Source of the DNA: Bacteroidales bacterium | GTDB taxonomy: Bacteria > Bacteroidota > Bacteroidia > Bacteroidales > UBA7960 | NCBI GenBank assembly: GCA_007132585.1 | Contig: SLOJ01000025.1 | Span: forward strand, 1 to 52,696 | Direction: 5' to 3' | Length of the DNA: 52,696 bases | Shown: piece after piece, positions 48,749 to 52,696 of the stretch | Numbering within the stretch: the first letter of the stretch is position 1 | Layout of the letters: the number at the start of each line of letters is the position of its first letter | The notes under the pieces: model-generated | Seen by the model: only the letters and a program-made list of their open reading frames with translations | Databases searched by the model: none | Told to the model about the DNA's origin: nothing | Translations under genes and position numbers: made by a program

Positions 48749-48779
48749 CAAAGTTACACAAAATCTGATACAATGCAAA
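48749..48779 (-). promoter_or_regulatory. Bacteroidota sigma-A type promoter candidate for rimP-nusA-infB
   Basis: The minus strand reads TTTG-cattgtatcagattttgtg-TAACTTTG with a 19-nt spacer, ~120 nt upstream of the rimP ATG. Confidence 0.4.
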
Positions 48780-48894
48780 AAATGTATTGAATTTTAGGAG
48801 ATTATGCAGAATTTATGGGTTGATAAGTTTATAAGCTTAAATATTCAGATGTAATCGGTACACCCATCAACTTATAAACTTATCAACTTGTCTT

Positions 48895-51800
48895 CTATAT
48901 CCCCTGCATATACAGATTATAGTAATGGTCAAAAATATCGCCTGATTGTTCTGCCAGTTCATCCTGATCATTAATTGTTGTAAGGTGGCTGATGCGCTGC
49001 ATGATTGCAAGCGATTCCTGTTTATTGGATTCAACCATGTTGGCACGTCTTCCCCTGAATGAGAAGTAGTACCTGAGATTTTGCTCTTCCAGGTCAACCA
49101 TTCTTGTAAAAATTTCATTTCCTTTTTCAAATGCTCCGGCATTGTAGTAAGCTTCGGCAATGAGCATGCTGAAATAGTTGTAGGGTACATTGTGCTCGGG
49201 CATCACTTCCATAGCTTTATCAAGAACTTCCACAGCCTTTTCAATTTGTCCTTCCCGAACGAGCTCGTTGGCAAGGCGCTGGAAGATATTGCGGAAACTT
49301 ACAGTAAGCCTGATATTATCTTCATTAAGATAAACAGAAGGATCATACATATTGCCCCACTGGAACTTATTCATTATATTATCATACAGGATGCGGGTAT
49401 TTACTCTGCCCGTCTGCCCGTCTCTGTTATCGGGAGTTTTGATGGGCACCAGCCTGTATGCCATCCCTTCAAGCTGGAAATATTCTTCCAGTCCAATATA
49501 GGCGTCTGACCCAGTAGTAATGGCATAATATACCGGGCGTTCCCAGTTATTTGTAGCCAGAAAATCCAGCATCATCAGGTTGTTTTTCTGCATACTGAAA
49601 TCGGGATACTGCCACCTGATCTCATCTACTATCAGGTGAGCATCTTCGGGTGCTACGGTGCCATTAGCAACTACTTTGGCTGAATCAACGGGCAACCTGA
49701 AGTTACGTGTGGGCACGAAATTTTCCCGGGTTCTGCCAAAAGTCCGTTTATTATCATCGTTGCTGACAAAATTAATGATGCTCCTCAAATTCACATACTG
49801 ACCTTCAAGGCGTGGATCTTCCATCACATATAACACATCGCGGGTTCCATCGCGGTACTGAAGCGGATGGAGTGAGAAGGGCACAGGATCGGCATCATAG
49901 GTTTTGCGGCGCATCATACCATCGATATACCAATCGGTATTAAGCAAACTTAGATTCACCACTTTTATATCGGTTCGTATACCTTCTACTTCCTGCGCAT
50001 ACCATAGCGGGAAGGTATCATTATCGCCCATAGTAAAAATTATGGCATTGGGAGCACAGGATTCAAGGTAATTGATGGCCACATCGCGGGTAGTATAACG
50101 ACCCGAGCGATCGTGATTGTTCCAGTTTTCTTTGGCCATAATGGTGGGCACCAGCAAAATACACAGCAGGGTGGCCACCACTGCCGACATTTTACCTTTT
50201 AGCTTGCGCTGCAGGGTATCGGCAACAGCCAGCACTCCTAATCCCACCCATATGGAAAACGCATAAAAAGATCCTATGTAGGAGTAATCCCGCTCCCTGG
50301 GCTGGAAGGGTGTCTGGTTAAGGTAAATAATAATGGCTATACCTGTCATAAAGAACAGTAAACCCACTACCAGGGCGTCATTGGGTTTTCGCGATGCCTG
50401 GAACACCAGGCCTATTATTCCCAAAATAAAAGGTAACAAGAAATACTTGCTGTGGCCGGGGTTACCGGTAATGCTTTCAGGCAGGTTATCCTGCGGGCCG
50501 AGAAATACCGAGTCCAGTGGTTTGATACCGCTCATCCAGTTACCACGTGTGGGTTCTCCATGCCCCTGTAAATCGTTTTGCCTTCCGGAAAAATTCCACA
50601 TGAGGTAACGCATATACATATGCCCCAGTTGATAAGAGAAAAAGAACCTGAGGTTTTCGGCAAAGGTGGGTTTGTTTATCACCTGTGTGCTTCCATCGCG
50701 TTGCTGCACGCGCAACGGCCGGCCTTCTACTCTTCCCCAGCTTTCATAGGCCCTCACATGCTGCGCCCGGCTACTGTGCATACGCGGGAAAATGGTTGTA
50801 AACTCCGGATTGTATACCGGTACTGTGCCGATACTCTCATTGGTAATTATATAACGCCCCTGTATGGTATCTCTGCGCCAAACGGGTTTGCCGTCTTCAA
50901 TACTTTCGATCGGGGCATTATAATAGGGACCATACAGTAAAGGCCATGCGCCATATTGCTCACGACCCAGGTATGATTTCAATGCCAGTGCATTTTTCGG
51001 GGCATTTTCATTGATGGGCACATGGGCATTGGAACGGATCACCAGCATCATAAATGATGTATATCCTATCAGGATAAAAGTAAATGCAAGGATAATGGTA
51101 TTGAACAGCACCCTTTTCTTTTTATGGGTATAATACAATCCGTAAGTGATCAGCGCAATGATCAAGAGAAAATAAAAAATGGTGCCGGTATGGAAAGGCA
51201 GTCCCAGGGTATTCACGAAAAACTTCTCGAACCACCAGTCAACCGTAAGCACACCGGGGATAAAAACACTCTGGATAAACCATAACAACCCCACAGCTAC
51301 AATACTTGCTACGATAATTCCTTTACGGGTAGTTTCATACTTCTTGAAATAATACACAAACACAATGGCAGGAATGCCCAGCAGGTTGAGCATGTGCACC
51401 CCAATTGACAAACCAATTACAAAAGCGATTAACACCAGCCACTTCAACGAGTCGGGTTCATGTTCAGTGGCTTCCCATTTAAGTATTGACCAAAACACAA
51501 AAGCTGTAAGAAACAGAGAAGTGACATATACTTCTGCTTCCACTGCGGCAAACCAGAAAGAGTCGCTGAAGGTAAGTGTTAAACCACCCACGATTCCGGC
51601 ACCCCATACAGCCCAGGTTTTGGAGCTACTGATATCGGGAGTAGCCTTAAGCAGGCGATGCCCAAGCATGCTAATGGTCCAGAAGAGGAACATAACGGTA
51701 AGTCCGCCTGCCACGGCCGACATGGCATTGATCCAGTATGCCACACGCGTTACATCGCCCAGGGCCAGCAGTGAAAACATGCGTGCCAACATCTGGTACA

Positions 51801-51972
51801 GCGGTGCCCCGGGTGGGTGTGCCACCTGTAGCTTAAAAGAAGTAGCAAGTCGTTCGCCTGCATCCCAGAAACTGGCTGTGGGCTCCAGTGTCATCATGAA
51901 TACGGCAGTGGCCGTTAAAAACATCAGCCACCCGATAATGTTGTTGATCGGTTTATATGATTTCAGGTCCAT
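48895..51972 (-). CDS. DUF2723 domain membrane protein (glycosyltransferase-C-like, PMT/TMEM260-related) with C-terminal TPR-like region
   Basis: 1025 aa. The N-terminus LEPTASFWDAGE...QVAHPPGAPLY is characteristic of DUF2723. It has about 11 TM helices followed by a large soluble C-terminal half. Confidence 0.85.
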   Translation of the reverse strand: MDLKSYKPINNIIGWLMFLTATAVFMMTLEPTASFWDAGERLATSFKLQVAHPPGAPLYQMLARMFSLLALGDVTRVAYWINAMSAVAGGLTVMFLFWTISMLGHRLLKATPDISSSKTWAVWGAGIVGGLTLTFSDSFWFAAVEAEVYVTSLFLTAFVFWSILKWEATEHEPDSLKWLVLIAFVIGLSIGVHMLNLLGIPAIVFVYYFKKYETTRKGIIVASIVAVGLLWFIQSVFIPGVLTVDWWFEKFFVNTLGLPFHTGTIFYFLLIIALITYGLYYTHKKKRVLFNTIILAFTFILIGYTSFMMLVIRSNAHVPINENAPKNALALKSYLGREQYGAWPLLYGPYYNAPIESIEDGKPVWRRDTIQGRYIITNESIGTVPVYNPEFTTIFPRMHSSRAQHVRAYESWGRVEGRPLRVQQRDGSTQVINKPTFAENLRFFFSYQLGHMYMRYLMWNFSGRQNDLQGHGEPTRGNWMSGIKPLDSVFLGPQDNLPESITGNPGHSKYFLLPFILGIIGLVFQASRKPNDALVVGLLFFMTGIAIIIYLNQTPFQPRERDYSYIGSFYAFSIWVGLGVLAVADTLQRKLKGKMSAVVATLLCILLVPTIMAKENWNNHDRSGRYTTRDVAINYLESCAPNAIIFTMGDNDTFPLWYAQEVEGIRTDIKVVNLSLLNTDWYIDGMMRRKTYDADPVPFSLHPLQYRDGTRDVLYVMEDPRLEGQYVNLRSIINFVSNDDNKRTFGRTRENFVPTRNFRLPVDSAKVVANGTVAPEDAHLIVDEIRWQYPDFSMQKNNLMMLDFLATNNWERPVYYAITTGSDAYIGLEEYFQLEGMAYRLVPIKTPDNRDGQTGRVNTRILYDNIMNKFQWGNMYDPSVYLNEDNIRLTVSFRNIFQRLANELVREGQIEKAVEVLDKAMEVMPEHNVPYNYFSMLIAEAYYNAGAFEKGNEIFTRMVDLEEQNLRYYFSFRGRRANMVESNKQESLAIMQRISHLTTINDQDELAEQSGDIFDHYYNLYMQGI

Positions 51973-52243
51973 GGAAAAAAGGATTGGTGATCATTGGGAA
52001 AAATTGCTTCTTTTTTTATATGGTAGTTTTTCGCCTGCGAAGATAAAAAGAAAAACAGGAAGTGAACGAGTATTTTAACAATCAATTACTATTAATACGC
52101 TTACACATGAGAAAGTTTGTTCATTATGAACACCTAAATAAAACTAAAACCGGGTCATATAATTGTATAATCGGAATATTTTAATAAAAATTTTGTCTGA
52201 AAAAAATATTTTATCTACTTTTGCAGTCCGTTACGAAAAACAT

Positions 52244-52314
52244 TGACCGATGGTGTAACGGTAGCACTACAGTTTTTGGAGCTGTCTGTCCAGGTTCGAA
52301 TCCTGGTCGGTCAA
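52244..52314 (+). tRNA. tRNA-Gln (anticodon UUG)
   Basis: Manual cloverleaf: acceptor TGACCGA/TCGGTCA, D arm GTGT-AACGGTA-GCAC, anticodon arm ACAGT-TTTTGGA-GCTGT (UUG), T arm CCAGG-TTCGAAT-CCTGG. CCA is not encoded. Confidence 0.9.
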
Positions 52315-52322
52315 CGCAAGGT

Positions 52323-52353
52323 AAAACCCCCGGATTAGATTCGGGGGTTTTTT
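52323..52353 (+). terminator. intrinsic terminator after tRNA-Gln
   Basis: AAAA-CCCCCGGA-ttaga-TTCGGGGG-TTTTTT. Confidence 0.8.
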
Positions 52354-52440
52354 GTTGGGGGAAGTTTTTATACGCACTAAAAAAACAATTAGCCAATTAT
52401 TGGGTTTGTAGATAAAACCCAATCAAGAAAAATTGCATCA

Positions 52441-52696
52441 ATGAACAACTCCAAAGAAAATGCATGGAACTTTACCAGCCTCTTCCTTTTCTTTGCATTG
52501 GTAGCCATTACAGGCTATTTTATGGAAGCCGGCAATATTGATATAAAAGATATAAGCACAACCGATCTGATCATCCTTACCCTTGCCATATACAGGGTGA
52601 CCCGGGTTGTGGTATTTGAGAAGATATTCAAGTACTTCAGAGATTTTGTAAAAGCCAACAGCCGGGTTTACTTCATGCGTACACTTCAATCTATCA
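52441..52696 (+). CDS. partial (5' end only) small membrane protein, DUF1360-like
   Basis: An ATG at 52441 opens a frame that runs off the window: MNNSKENAWNFTSLFLFFALVAITGYF...LIILTLAIYRVTRVVVFEKIF. The LAxYRxTRxxxxxxI motif resembles DUF1360. I prefer it over the antisense 83-aa track ORF. Confidence 0.5.
   Translation, partial: MNNSKENAWNFTSLFLFFALVAITGYFMEAGNIDIKDISTTDLIILTLAIYRVTRVVVFEKIFKYFRDFVKANSRVYFMRTLQSI

Noticed and set aside
51365-52078. 237-aa plus-strand ORF overlapping the 5' end of the DUF2723 gene
   Set aside because: The opposite strand encodes the highly characteristic DUF2723 N-terminus (FWDAGE...HPPGAPLY). This ORF is Ser/Ala-rich shadow sequence.
52244-52353. tRNA-Gln as a possible integration site for a genomic island
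   Set aside because: No integrase gene is present and I found no direct repeat of the tRNA 3' end within the window. The flanking genes look like ordinary chromosomal genes.
52211-52415. 61-aa (-) and 64-aa (+) ORFs
   Set aside because: They overlap a well-folding tRNA-Gln(UUG) and its terminator, so they are not coding.
52438-52689. 83-aa minus-strand ORF at the window end
   Set aside because: The plus strand has an ATG at 52441 that opens a frame with a membrane-protein-like, DUF1360-like sequence running off the window. The minus-strand product is Cys/His/Tyr-rich with no pattern.
1-52696. CRISPR arrays, insertion sequences, prophage genes, restriction-modification or other known defence systems
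   Set aside because: I saw no regularly spaced direct repeats. No ORF had transposase, integrase, recombinase, capsid, terminase, nuclease-helicase or methyltransferase (other than rsmI) signatures.

Overview
This is a 52.7-kb chromosomal segment that looks like Bacteroidota. Evidence for that: three perfect TTTG-N19/20-TAnnTTTG promoter matches, a T9SS type-B C-terminal sorting domain, DUF2723 and DUF1573 proteins, and cytochrome b - flavoprotein - FeS gene order for fumarate reductase/succinate dehydrogenase. I support about 42 protein genes (mostly on the minus strand), one tRNA-Gln(UUG), several intrinsic terminators and three promoter candidates. Housekeeping blocks are yceD-rpmF-plsX-fabH, lepA, rsmI, tdk, queD, sdh/frd CAB, pepP, pgi and rimP-nusA-infB. 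I saw no transposase, integrase, CRISPR array, restriction or other recognisable defence gene. The best candidate for an undescribed system is a four-gene, all-secreted cluster on the minus strand (29807-35077). It encodes two paralogous small subunits ending in -VEDL, a 975-aa outer-membrane barrel-like protein flanked by beta-sandwich modules, and a 274-aa two-domain Ig-like periplasmic protein. This is the logic of a chaperone/usher fibre system, but I cannot place any member in a named family. A compound terminator follows the first subunit gene. Other points of interest: a 1076-aa single-chain fusion of all modules of HcnABC / opine oxidase / archaeal proline-dehydrogenase-type complexes; a membrane-anchored orphan SagB-type dehydrogenase; an ECF sigma gene coupled to a TM-plus-barrel-like protein; tandem diverged C69 dipeptidases next to an orphan double-ATPase ABC protein; a 650-bp non-coding gap with long-range complementarity; and a pair of tiny ORFs between pepP and pgi. 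All functional calls rest on motif recognition by eye. No database search was run.
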